From Cercozoa sp. M6MM (taxonomy: Eukaryota > Protista > Endomyxa: Ascetosporea), in assembly GCA_040357565.1 (NCBI GenBank), contig JBDODJ010000013.1: DNA of 64,000 bases; one strand, given 5' to 3'. A program made the translations under genes and the position numbers. The notes beneath the pieces were generated by a model. That model saw nothing but the letters and a program-made list of their open reading frames with translations, was not told where the DNA came from and searched no databases. Below are positions 1-11,358 of the stretch, piece by piece (positions within the stretch are counted from its first letter, which is position 1; every line of letters starts with the position of its first letter).

Positions 1-2056
1 TGTCGAGGTTCAAGCTGCTAGTCTGCGTGTTGATAATACCAGGATCGCTGATGATCTCATCGATGCCGATGTCGGTCGAAATGGCGTCTACGTTGTCATC
101 CTGTGCAACCGGACTTTCAGTTCTTTTTCGACATCCAACAGCACAAAAAAGTCGACCGTACTTCGGCATAGTCCTCGTTCCGCGACAGGTTGGCTTTGAA
201 GGAAACCAACAGTTTCTTCAAGTTGCTACGCACACGCATATTATTCATTCAGAGAGGAGCTAGAGAGGTCTCAGTCAAACTGCACCGCACGAGACCCTCC
301 TTGCGGAACAACGACGTTTGTTTGGCCATCACGATGGGCAACTGATTTAGACAAACAGTAACGAGAACATATTGCGACGGGACAAGCGTTCGCTTTACCA
401 ATTCCTGTGCCTTCGACGACGTGTTTTGCTTCTGCTAGATTCCAAGGGGGAGGGTACATTAGACCACGCAGCTGCGCAGTCTCAACAGGAAAAAGTGAAG
501 GCTACCCTTGGCCCGCCGCTACGGGACCTCCTCCGAGTCACATGTCCACTCGACCCCGCCTGCGGCGAGTCAGTAAATGAATCGTACCAAAACTGACTAA
601 GTTTATTACTTTGCGGGATGGCACTCGTACCTCCGTTGAAGTGCCGATCTGGTCTTGCGAGGCGCAGATGCCCATTTCGCTTGCACTGCGGTTGTTATGC
701 TGCGACACGAAGCGCACACAGAGAAAAAGGTCAAGCGGCTACGTGAGTTTTTTTAGAATTTTTAGACGATTGGTGTGATCTCTCCCCCAATAAAGCACAA
801 TTTCCATCGACCACAGCGACGGTCAGGCCCTTGGGAAGCGCTTCATGCACCACTTGTTTGAACACCACCCCAGAGGCCCAAGACTGAGCCGCGGCCTCTC
901 CTGTGATCGAACCTGCGAACCTGCGGAAAAGATCTCGAACAAACTGAACGCCGGCCGTTTCAACAGTGATCATGATCGTGCATCAAAAGCCAGCAATATT
1001 CGAATCAATCGCGAACGTCGCGTCTGGTCTGGTTTAGTAATTGAGAACGCAACCAATTCTACCTGAACTGGATTGAACGGACGAGTGCAGAGAATAGAAT
1101 ACTTCAGCGCAACTGGCGAAAGCAACCAAGTAAAAATGACGATCTGGCCGCAGTAGGGGCGGCATGCACACGCGATGGTCACCAAGTATCGTCGCGCTTT
1201 TCGGGTTGTCGGAAGAGCGACGCGAACCAGTCGTCGCCTTCGCGAATACTGGATGACGTGCGCGGATTGAGGATTCGGTTTTCGCCGGAATCGACGAGCG
1301 CTCTACAGAACCAAAAATCAACCAACTCCAACTCAAAACTCAAAAGCAGGCCGCACCTGTCCTCAGGAGAAAGCAGCTCCCTCAAGTGACTGTTCCACTT
1401 CGTGGTGGCCAGCCAGTAGTCAGTCATGACGTAGACCATCCACTCGGTCTCCGTCTGCGGCAGCTCAAGCTCGTCGATCTTGAAAGTGCGATGTGCGAGC
1501 AGCTGCGCCCGGCGAAGAGTCTCATCCTGAGCAAGCACCCCGCGAGTTCACAAAAAATCGATTCAAGCACGTTCAAGGATACCTCAGTTGTTCGCTCGAT
1601 GTCTTTTGAAAGCTGCAAGAACCTGCTGCACCGCTCGTCCATGATTTCGTCGTCGACACGCGGCACTCGCGCAAGTTCTTCACTGCACCCCAGAAAAAAG
1701 TCACACAAAAAGCACAGGCCTAGCTAACGTACTCTACGTATTCCATGGCTTGAAGCTGAGCGACGGCAACATTGTGCAACCTTCTGTCAGCTCTACACAA
1801 GACTAGCAATGCACAGCTCGAAATCGATATCGACTGAGAGAACTCACTCAGTCAACACGCACAGTCGCAGACCTTCCCGCAACACACCAGCATCTAAAGT
1901 GTTAGCTTGGATCCGTTGCACGGCCTCGCGCAAGATGAAACAGCCATCGCGCTTACGCGCGGACACAGCAGCTTCTGACTGATCGACTTCTGGTTGAGGC
2001 GCGAACTCCTCGGTCCGATCGACCGGGACCACTGAAAAGTCCATGCCTTGCGCCAT
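1..2056 (-). CDS. Hypothetical multi-exon protein (3' end runs off the window)
   Basis: ATG at 2056 (MAQGMDFSVVPVDRTEEF...). Successive GT-AG-bounded exons join in frame (ELARVPRVDDEIMDERCSRFLQLSKDIERTTE|DETLRRAQLLAHRTFKIDELELPQ...). The frame is open at the window edge. No recognisable family. Confidence 0.5.
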
Positions 2057-2112
2057 TATAGTGTTTGTTTGCGCTTGCACTGGTCAAGCCGCGCGCGAGA
2101 CAAGGAAAAACA

Positions 2113-3425
2113 ATGAAGGGTGGAAGAGCTGGCTACAATTAAAAAAACCAAATCCAACACCAGTCTGGCATTAGAGCAGTGTACTGACGTGTGAACACTG
2201 CACAGAGTGTTCCACTAATGTCATTTCCTTTCGTGGCAGCGTATGTGCAGGAGCTGAGTGAGGATGATGGCGTGCCGTCGTACTCGTTCAAGCAGCAGCA
2301 CGACACAGAGGTCAAGATTCGTGCCTGCTCGGCCGAGTTGGCCGAGATGTCGGTAGCTACTTCTGACTCTTCTTTTTGTCGCTTGTCGACCGTTAAGCCT
2401 CTTTGATCNNNNNNNNNNNNNNNNNNNNNNNNNNNNNNNNNNNNNNNNNNNNNNNNNNNNNNNNNNNNNNNNNNNNNNNNNNNNNNNNNNNNNNNNNNNN
2501 NNNNNNNNTTTACCTACCTTACCCCACTCCCCCTGGACAGGGCGGTTTCGGCGGTGTGCCAGGCAACGAGGCGCACGGTGGCTACGCGTTTTGTGGCACC
2601 GCGGCTTTGGCCCTCATGGGCGCCTTGGAACTTGTGGATGTGGGTTTACCCCCCACCCGACCCGACCCCCTTCCCGTTTTTCGCCCCCCCCCCCCAGGTG
2701 AAGCGACTGATGCGATGGACAGTGCGGCGGCAGATGCGACTGGAAGGCGGTTTCCAGGGCCGTGTGAACAAGCTGGTCGATGCGTGCTACTCGTACTGGG
2801 TCGGCGCCATCATGGCTATTGTGCATCCGACATCGTCGGAGGGTGTCTTTCCTCCCACCCCATCCTACTCCCTTTATCTCCGCTCTTTACCCTCCTCTCT
2901 TTACCCCCGTGCAGTTTCGTCGTTCGACTGGGCGTTCGACCGACTGCGACTGCAGGAGTACCTGTTGGCGTCGTCGCAGTGCGGCACCGGTGGCATGCGC
3001 GACAAGGTTTACCCCCCCCCCCACTTCCCTATCCCCTCACCCCTACCCTGGAATGTAGCCACCGATGCGATCGGACATGTATCACACGTGCTATGCGCTG
3101 GCCGGCTTGTCGATTGCGCAGGTAGCTTTCAATGTTACCCTTTACCCCCTTACGCCTTCCCCTTTACCCCTTCCCCTTACCCCTTCCCCTTTACCCCTTC
3201 CTCTTTACCCCCTCTCGGCAGAACGCATCAGACTGTCAAGTGCTCGGCGTGACCGAGAACGCTTTGGTGCCCATCAACCCGGTAAAAAGAAGAGACTTGC
3301 TCTAAGCTAGTGCACACGCGTGTGCTGTTGTGTGTGCCGATCCGTGTATTGCGTCTGTGTGCAATTAGGTGCTGAATCTTGTCGACAGACGAGTCGAGTC
3401 GGCGCAGCGCTTTTTCTTGGCATAA
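2113..3425 (+). CDS. FNTB: Protein farnesyltransferase beta subunit (middle lost in the gap at 2409-2508)
   Basis: Spliced exons give GGFGGVPGNEAHGGYAFCG, RQMRLEGGFQGRVNKLVDACYSYW and GGMRDKPPMRSDMYHTCYALAGLSIAQ, which are prenyltransferase repeats with the Zn-ligand DxC and H motifs of FTase-beta. The N-terminal ELSEDDGVPSYSFKQQHDTEVKI resembles the FNTB N-terminus. Stop TAA at 3423-3425. Confidence 0.9.
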
Positions 3426-3943
3426 ACGGAAACTTTTCGTTCTCTTATGAAGTAGGAGGTTCGTTTGAAATTTCCGTCCAGTCCGTCCCGTCCGATTCTT
3501 TCTATTTCCGGGCGCGGTTTCATTCACGGTTGAGATCCATCGTGTCGGGTGCAGTAATTCAGTTTCGTCGGTTTTCGTTGTCAGTTCTTCGCGTCGCTTC
3601 GTTCGCGTCCGGCTGAGTTTTTTTTTGTACTCGGCGTAGTTCGTCGTTCGAGCAAAAAATATGACGGGCAAGCAAGTTACGCCCTGTAAGACCTCTAACG
3701 TAACTTCTAAGCACACGACAGGGGTGGGGGGATCTAGCTGGTAGCCAGCGTGGCCCCAGTAGTCTCGCAATCGCATCGCATCGTATCCGATCTTACGGTC
3801 CAGTATCGTATCGTATCGTAGCGAACGGAAGCAAACAGACAAACCAACAAACGCGCCTCACCTTCATTTTTTTCAAGCTGCGCCCGGTCGGAAGCACAGC
3901 GAGGAAACAGCGCGCAAAGACGTTAGACCGACAGACTCAAACT

Positions 3944-5154
3944 CTACAGGATCATGCAGCGCTTACGCTTCTTGGGGGCCTCGTCCTCCTCGACCTGCTC
4001 GGGTTGCTCCTCCTCCTCGGCCTGCTGCCGACGGTCCGTAGGTTCGGGCTCCTGGGCGGCTTCCGGCTCCTCAGTTGGCTCAGCCTCGGTAGCCGGTTCA
4101 GCGTGCTCGACCGGTTCAGTCTCCTCCGGCTGGATCTGTTCCGGCTCAGTTTGCTCCGGCTCAGCCTGCTTCTCCTCGGCTTCTGCCGTCTCCTGGCTGC
4201 AAGAGAAAAAGGAGATTTGTGGTGTGGAAACAACAAAGTAAAAACAAGGGAAAGGAGTGCTACGCGGCGTGCTCCTCCTGCACGAAGCGATCGGCGACGG
4301 AATCGGCGATTCGAGCGGCCTCGGCACGTGCCTCGGTCACCTTTACAACCAGCAAAAAAGGAATTCCAAGATCATGTTCAAAAGGATCACTCTGTTTGAA
4401 GAAACAGACGAATACCTGCTCGGTCGTGGCACCAACGACAGCCTCGGCTTCTTCAACGACAGCAGCTTCCACAGCTTCAGTCTTCTCGGCAACTTTCGTC
4501 TCCTTGGCAGCCTCGGCCGCAGCTTCTTCTGTCTCTTCAACTTGAGCGATCTCAGCTTCAGCAGCTTCAGCCGCAACTTCAGTCTCAGCAACTTCAGTCT
4601 CTTCGGCAGCAGCAACTTCGGTCTCTTCGGCAGCAACAACTTCAGTCTCTTCGGCAGCAACAACTTCAGTCTCTTCGGTGGCAGCAACTTCAGTCTCTTC
4701 GGCTTCTTGCGCAACTTCAGCCTCTTCAACAGCTTCAGTCTCCTCAGTGACCTCAGTTTCGGCAGCAGCAGGAGCTTCGGCAACCTCAGTTTCCTCAACG
4801 ACGGCCTCGCTGTGCAAAAAACACACAAAACTAATCAATATCATGCCTACAGGGAACAGTGCAAGTTACGTAGTTTGCTCAGCTTGTTCGGCCACTTCCG
4901 ACTCAGCAACGGCCTCCTCGACGTTTTCTTGGACCGGTTCGTCCTCCTGCACTGGCTGTTCGGCCTCGTCGGCCTCGGCTGCCTGCTCGGGTGACTCCTC
5001 AGGAGTCTCTTCAGTCTCCTCGACCACGGCCGGTTCTTCAGCGACCTCTTCGTCCACTTCGCTCGTTTCGGGAGCCTCTGTGGCAGCGTTAGCTTCCTCC
5101 AGTTGGGCTCGCAGCTTCTTCAGTCGCTGTTTGATCTTTTTCTTCTGCGCACAT
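3944..5154 (-). CDS. Acidic Glu/Ala/Thr/Val repeat protein (about 335 aa) with polybasic C-terminal CaaX box (KKRKRCMIL)
   Basis: Four exons (about 5154-4870, 4809-4416, 4340-4264, 4196-3944) are joined by GT-AG introns. Contains EETEVVAA 24-nt tandem repeats. Ends ...EDEAPKKRKRCMIL*. Confidence 0.8.
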
Positions 5155-6187
5155 TTTTAATTTTGTGTAAAGTCGTTGACAACCAAACAAAACAAGAAAG
5201 ACGCAAGCACCTGGTTCTTTGAGGCACCATCAAGCTTCGCTTCCTGCTCAGCGATCTGGTCGTGGATCGCTTGAACCTCTTCGGGCGTCATTTTTGCCTG
5301 CGACGAAAAAAAATATCATCATCCCAATCATCCAGTCAAAAAGGAACATCGTATCGCCAAAAAGGACAAAAAGCAACGTTGCGCAACGAATTGTGCCTTA
5401 AAGCGAGGCTACCGTTGAAAGTTACTAAAACTCTGACACCGCGTACACACGCTAGTTTTTCGAACCGAAAACAAGCGCATGAAGTGACTTACGATTAAAG
5501 GGGAGCGATCGCTGTTCTCAGTGCAAGACCGGTCGTCCGACTGCGAGTGACTGTGTGCGCTACGAATGCAAAAGTTTATACAGTCCCAATGGCGATTCAA
5601 TCGGCGATCGCGAGGTCGAATGATGTCTGTGGCGTCTTTGAGGTGATCCTCGTCTTTGTTTTCGCGGATGAACGCAAGAAACTCTCTTGCAAAATACGAA
5701 AACTCATAGGCCTGGCGAATTGCATTGCGACAACCACGTGGAGTTCAGCTCCTTTTCGTTGTTTTCCGGCGTCTCGGATAATAGAAGGCGGCACCGCAGC
5801 AAGGTCAAAGTTGCAGAAATCTCTCACCAAGAAAAGCAGCCAAGAACTCGCGAGAGGCCAGATGAGAATCTCTTGCAACCGAATTTTACTTCCTTTCGCC
5901 AGCTTTACGGTACAAGAGCTAGTTTCTGATGCTTAAACTTAGCCTTGCGTGGACAGGACGAGGAAAGCAAACTCAAGTCAACTCGGCAGCGAGTGCTTTG
6001 GACTACTTTCTGTCGGTTGAAAAAGAACGTGCGCAAAATGCGGATTACGTAAAATCTCCAAACTGTCAAGCTGCATGCTTTTTACACTGTGTTTGCGTCC
6101 TTAAAATTAGAGAGTGCTTCTGGGAATGCTGACACTTGGCGACATATTTTCTGATCGGTGCCTTCTCGTTTCTCCGTTTGGGCATTA

Positions 6188-7426
6188 TGAGCAAGCAACA
6201 TGAGATGCGCAGAGAGGAAGATGACGGAAATTTAGTTCGCGTTCGCGAAGGAATCGTGGCACGAAGAGTCTTTGAGGATCTCAAGAGAGTGAGAAGACGC
6301 AACCTTTCCGTGTCAACGTTGCTCGACTGGTTGGTGCGTTTTGACCGTATATCTGTTTGATAGATTAACGTCTTGCTTGCAGCGCGCCGATTTGGGTCGT
6401 TTTGTGCGACGAATGGAAGCTTCGAACATTTTGTTTGCATTGGAACGCTTCGATGTAGCCTATTTTCTGCTTTTATTGTGTACAAAAATAACCTACAACT
6501 GGACAGAAAGAGCTCAAGAGGCACACGAAGATTCCTGTCGATCACAGTGACCTGCGAAAAATGCCACTGGTACCATCTTTTTCATCTTGAAGAAAGAGCG
6601 ACGGTTTGTGTCGCAGATTGTTTCAGAGCGGCAGATTCGTCGCTTCGCGAGTGTTCTGTGCTGTGCATTGGCACACTGCAACGATTTAACCGCCGTTGCG
6701 AGTAACATTTTTTTCTTTGTCGAATCGAGCTTTTAGTGAGAGTGTAATTTGTGGCAGGTGTCGTGAAACAAACCATGTCGGTGTTCCAGCGACTGTTGAA
6801 ACTGACGGATGAGCACTACAGGTGCCAAGACGACGTACAGCAGGCTTTGGCGCATCCTGCGATGCAGTCGTGTCTCGTTCTAATTCGTGCCGGTACTGTT
6901 TGTTGTTCTTCTACCTTATTTGTTTCATCTGTTGGACCTGCAGCCACGTTCGACCCGGAGAACGAAGAGCAAGTGCAACTCATGCGCGACGTTATCGACA
7001 GTCTGGAATATGACGAAGTTGAGTACGACAGGTACACTAGCTGTCAAAAGCATTGTATTTAATTGGTTTAGCCACAGACACCCGGAGCATGAATTCGCGA
7101 ATTGTGACTCGAATACCCCGTGGAGCGATCAGGCCATTGACGCACGGATTCGGTATCGCTCCTACGATTTGTGCTATCTTGACTGAAGCATATCTCACTC
7201 GGTCTTGTTTTAGTGAGCGAACAACGGCAGAGCGCGTGCGCGAAATTCTCGAGTTGCGTCAAACACGCGCAACAACTCACCGACATGTGATGGAAGAGCT
7301 GCTGTCTAGACCACTTTTTTGTTAGACATTTGCCTTTTCAGTATCTAATCGTACCGCTAGTTTAGCCCTCGTATTCCGCGTTGTTGTCCTCTGGCAGCCG
7401 GAGTGCTCGTTATGCGTTCATTTTAA
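6188..7426 (+). CDS. Hypothetical multi-exon protein
   Basis: Chain of short exons with GT-AG borders (MSKQHEMRREEDDGNLVRVREG..., ATFDPENEEQVQLMRDVIDSLEYDEVEYD...). Boundaries are approximate. Confidence 0.4.
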
Positions 7427-7469
7427 AGCCAAACACTCTGAATTGAATGTGCATACAAATGGTGCCGTC

Positions 7470-8530
7470 ATGTGTGCTCTTCATTTTAATGAGGAAGAGG
7501 TGAAAGACGAATTTGAAACTCTAGGTTAGCTTTCGACCTCTTTGCCTTTCCTGCGGATCGTTTGGGTGCCTTTGTCAGAGCTTTTTGAGGTCGAAGTGAC
7601 GCATGCGCCGCCAGTGGAACGTAGCTGTAGCGTGCGGCTGCCGTGTTCGTGGCCGTGCCAGATTACATTACACCTATGTGCGCCCCCACAGTATGTAGGT
7701 CCACTTGTGTCCGCGGAGCACGGATATCTCTCTATCTTGGGTGTACAGGTACCCAGCAACTGCGCTGAGAGTGGACGTTGATGTCACCGGTGTTCCTCAT
7801 GCCATCGTTGAACCATTTCGAAACATGCTGCGTGAATTTGCTGCTGAGGTATTCTTTTTCCCAACCCCGCATAGTTTTTTTTTATTTCCAATCTAGGCCG
7901 CGTTGGACGAAGTCCCGTCCTCAATCAACATCCTGCAGACCGCACAAGACCAGCTGTCTCACTTTTTCGCTGCCTATTTTGCCGAAAAAGAGAGCAAGAA
8001 TGAACAGGAACATGTCCATGAACCCGATTGCACTGCGTATCATTTGTTGTTGTTGATCTTTATATTCGATGCCTTGCTGAACTGTTGCTTGCGCAGTTTC
8101 GTGTGGTTCCATCACATCTACAGCGCGATCAAACAGCGCAAACTCTCAAGTTTCGCGAGTCGCGACAATGTGCGCGTTCTTTGCGCCGCCGGAAAGCCTG
8201 GTTTGGTACTTTGCGCATTTCTGTACTCTCGTGTATTTTTGCGAGTTGTAGACGCTGTGAGAGCAGATGTGCGTGAGTGGCAAGCAGAGTCATGTGGATG
8301 CATATTTGGCGGCTGTCCGACAGCTGCACTGGCAGTGCATGCGCGTGCGCTTCATTTTGCAGGGCGCTACTTTGGAGTTGCGGCGCGATCACACACTGGA
8401 AGCGATTCCGATGACGCAGTCGAAACAAAGCGACTCGTCGGCTTTGCGTTCGACGTTGCAGAGTCTTCTGCGTCTGCCAAGCGATTTTACCGATGATTTC
8501 GACACTCTTTTCGCACGTCTTGTTGGCTTC
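7470..8530 (+). CDS. RWDD2-like protein (RWD domain + DUF1115)
   Basis: MCALHFNEEEVKDEFETL...APPQ|YPATAL is the RWD E-rich start and YP motif. FVWFHHIYSAIKQRK...AAGKPGL..CVSGKQSHVDAYLAAVRQLHWQ matches the HHIY/GKPG signature of RWDD2/DUF1115. Confidence 0.75.
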
Positions 8531-8567
8531 GTACCTTACCTTTGTGGTTGTCTGTGCATTGCTTCAG

Positions 8568-9077
8568 TTTGTGAACAAGCAGAAAGGCAAAAGGAAGCAA
8601 GCGAAGCAAGAAGAGACACCTGAGAACACTGCGGCGCCCAAGTGGATCGTGTTTCGCAACGACTCTTTCTTCTTGCAAACGCACGTGCGACCCAACGCGC
8701 GTCAGTCGTCGATTTTGAATGCGTAAACTGTTCTGTTTGAGAGTTTTCTCTGCTCTCTGCTTTTACGGTCTTCCTTTTTCTGAAACAGAAACGAAGCAAA
8801 TGCAGAAAAGCTGGAAGTGCGACTCAACGCACCTCCAAGGGACGGTGCGGCCAACGATGAACTCGTCAGCTTCCTGCGCACTGTTTTTAGAAGGTACCAC
8901 AGTCTTTGAGTTGTGACTCGCAAGTGTATAACATACGTTGACAGACAAGGTGTCCGCGCGGACGTGTTGTTCCATCGCGGTCACAAATCTCGCGACAAGA
9001 CGGTGAGCATTGAGGCTGATAAGAGCGACTTGGACGCAATCGTTTCGGCCCTACGTGTCGCTTCAGATGACATCTGA
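8568..9077 (+). CDS. DUF167 / UPF0235 (YggU, C15orf40-like) domain, possibly fused to the upstream RWDD2-like gene
   Basis: Spliced exons: LQTHVRPNARQSSILNA|NEANAEKLEVRLNAPPRDGAANDELVSFLRTVFR|RQGVRADVLFHRGHKSRDKTVSIE...DDI*. The APPxDGxAN and GxKSRxK motifs are diagnostic of DUF167. Confidence 0.8.
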
Positions 9078-9281
9078 CGTGACGAATCACCGCCCATGCG
9101 ATGCTCGATCACGTTTGCGCAACACTCGAGGAACTCAGACTATCTCCGTCTCGTCTGAATGACATGTTGCGGAGGTTTTTAATTAATGAAGAGAGTGCTG
9201 TCAGGTGGAGTCGATTAGGCACTCGACTGCAGTGGCGATGCGAGGAGGGTGAGAGACGGGGAGGGGTACCGTTATAAGCTT

Positions 9282-9407
<126 letters not shown>

Positions 9408-9581
9408 TGCAGCGCGTACAGTACTGTAGCTACGCGACGATACAGGAATACAGACCATAACTGAATGACGCCGAGGTGTTGAATTAATGAACAAGCTTCA
9501 TGCACTGCGGTGGCAGACGGGGAGGGTAATCTAAATTTAGAGAGAGTGTGTGTGTGTGGCCGAGGCAGGAGGATCAGACGA

Positions 9582-10388
9582 TCAGTAGGCGTTGTGGTGC
9601 TTTGGCTGCGGCTGGTAGCCATGCCCGCCGTAGCCATGAGCGTGACCGCAGGAGCCTTTCGCACACTGCATGAGCAGGTCCTTGCAGTCGCACTTTCCGT
9701 GGTAGCCCTTGCCGCAACCTTGCGGCCACACGAAGGCACACTTTGCCTTGTAGTCGTCCAGGTAGTGTCCGTTCGCAAACTACACACATATGCGTGTAAT
9801 GACAGGGCGTAACGATACAGGAGGAGCAGAGAGGGTACCTGGTGCTGCTTGCCCGAGTAGTCACCGCACTCCACAGCGTACTTACCCAGTTCCAACGGAC
9901 GACAGACATGGTTTCCGTAGCTCCCGCCGTAGGTGTTGTCGTACTTGGGCGGCGCTGGGTGTGCGTACTTGTGACCGTAACTGCGTTCGTGGTGCTTCTT
10001 GTAGCCATGCTTTCTGGGCTACACTCAAAACATACACTCGTGTGTTTGCATACAAATCTGTTAGGTTTACTGTACCTTCTTCTTCTTGCCGTACTTGGAC
10101 TTCTTGTGCCTCTTGGGTGCTTTGTGTTTCTTGCCGTAGGAGCGATCGTCATACTTGTAGCTGTCCGAGTGCTCGTGTCCCCCGTGGTACCAGTTTCTCT
10201 CCGAGTCGGAACAAGAGTCGCTATCGCTCTTGGCCACGTGATGACCTTTGTAGGAGTCGCCAAAGTGCCCGTGGGAGTGTTTGAGGCCGTATGCGCTCGC
10301 GAGACCGCAAATCTACTCCAAAACCAGGCAATTCAACGCACGGAAGTACGCACGCACTTCGTACCAAAGCAAAGCTCAGCAGTTTCAT
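9582..10388 (-). CDS. Secreted His/Lys/Tyr/Gly-rich protein with Cys-rich C-terminal module (212 aa)
   Basis: Exons 10388-10365, 10312-10076, 10018-9839 and 9779-9582, all phase-0 GT-AG: MKLLSFAL|ICGLASAYGLKHSHGHFGDSYKGHH...YGKKHKAPKRHKKSKYGKKKK|PRKHGYKKHHERSYGHKY...VCRPLELGKYAVECGDYSGKQHQ|FANGHYLDDYKAKCAFVWPQGCGKGYHGKCDCKDLLMQCAKGSCGHAHGYGGHGYQPQPKHHNAY*. The N-terminus looks like a signal peptide. Confidence 0.85.
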
Positions 10389-10750
10389 TCTCCGGTCTGT
10401 CAGTTTTCAGTGCTTTTTCACTTCAATTGGTTTGTCACCGATGCGACTGATTTAGCGTGCTTCTGAAGGGCGTAATCAATAAAACAAAATCTGGATGAAG
10501 GACACCTCAGCGAACTCGGATCGCATTCGGATCCGAGTTTCTTGAGGTCTTTGACCGCTAGGTCCGAAACTTGTACTTTGCCGATGGGTGTTGACACTGC
10601 AAGTGCAGAAACTGCGGGTCCGACGGTATTAGCCCGCTCCACCATGATCTTGACAATGCCGCGCGGTCTGGAACGAGCAAAAACCTGACGCCCTACTAGT
10701 AAGCACGGGAATGCGGCTACCCTACTAGTAAGAGCTGGTACACAGGAACT

Positions 10751-11302
10751 TGTTACGAAACGGTATTTTCCATCCGGCCAGTCAGATCTGTCTGAGTTCT
10801 GGGTGCTCCGCGCGGAAGAAAGCTATTCATTGAGCACTTTGAGAAGTGTGGTGTATTGTGTTTGTCTGGTACCCCGACCTCTCCGAGAGTGTTGCTAACC
10901 TCCTTACCCTGTGTTTGGTAGACTGACCTCGAAAGAGCAAGACTTTGCTCCTTTCCTGAAAAGGCTCTCTACTCACCAGGTAAAGCACCTCTCCAGGCTC
11001 CAGCCCTTGCACTCTCACGGAATCCCTTGTTGCTGTCTTCCCAGCACAGAGCCTTTCTTTTTCTCCTTTACGTCCCTCCTTCTCCTTTCTTCCTTCTTCT
11101 GACTACCGGGCCTCTCATCCTTCCCGACCTGTCTACTTCCTGTACTTTGCCGACCCTATCTTGGGGTAACTGCCTCTGAACTGACTACGTCTACTGACTC
11201 AATTCTTCTTCACATCGATTCCATTTGTTTCTTTAGTCTTTTTCCTGGCATAGTACTCTTTTGCACTACCAAAGCCTCAATTTCTGAAAGGCTGCGGTAA
11301 CA
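10751..11302. mobile_element. Solo-LTR-like element, copy 1 (552 bp)
   Basis: Termini TGTTAC...GTAACA. Flanks AACT/AACA (4-bp TSD with one mismatch). CpG-depleted. Shares collinear motifs with the copies at 33915 and about 53740. Confidence 0.65.
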
Positions 11303-11358
11303 AACAAACTACTAACTAGTCAGTTCACGTCTACGGTACGTCGTAGACGATATTGAAC

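Noticed and set aside
4257-4994. FG/NFSLFG-repeat ORF resembling a nucleoporin
   Set aside because: Antisense of the EETEVVAA repeats. The splice signals support the minus-strand gene.
9574-10450. Long ORF-track ORFs 9574-10263 (-), 9790-10284 (+) and 9842-10450 (+)
   Set aside because: Shadow frames of the spliced His/Lys/Tyr-rich gene. They read through introns and have implausible composition.
10751-11302. Identification as SRP, RNase P/MRP, group I intron or telomerase RNA
   Set aside because: Only partial motif resemblances that are not shared between copies. TG...CA ends and 4-bp TSDs fit solo LTRs better.
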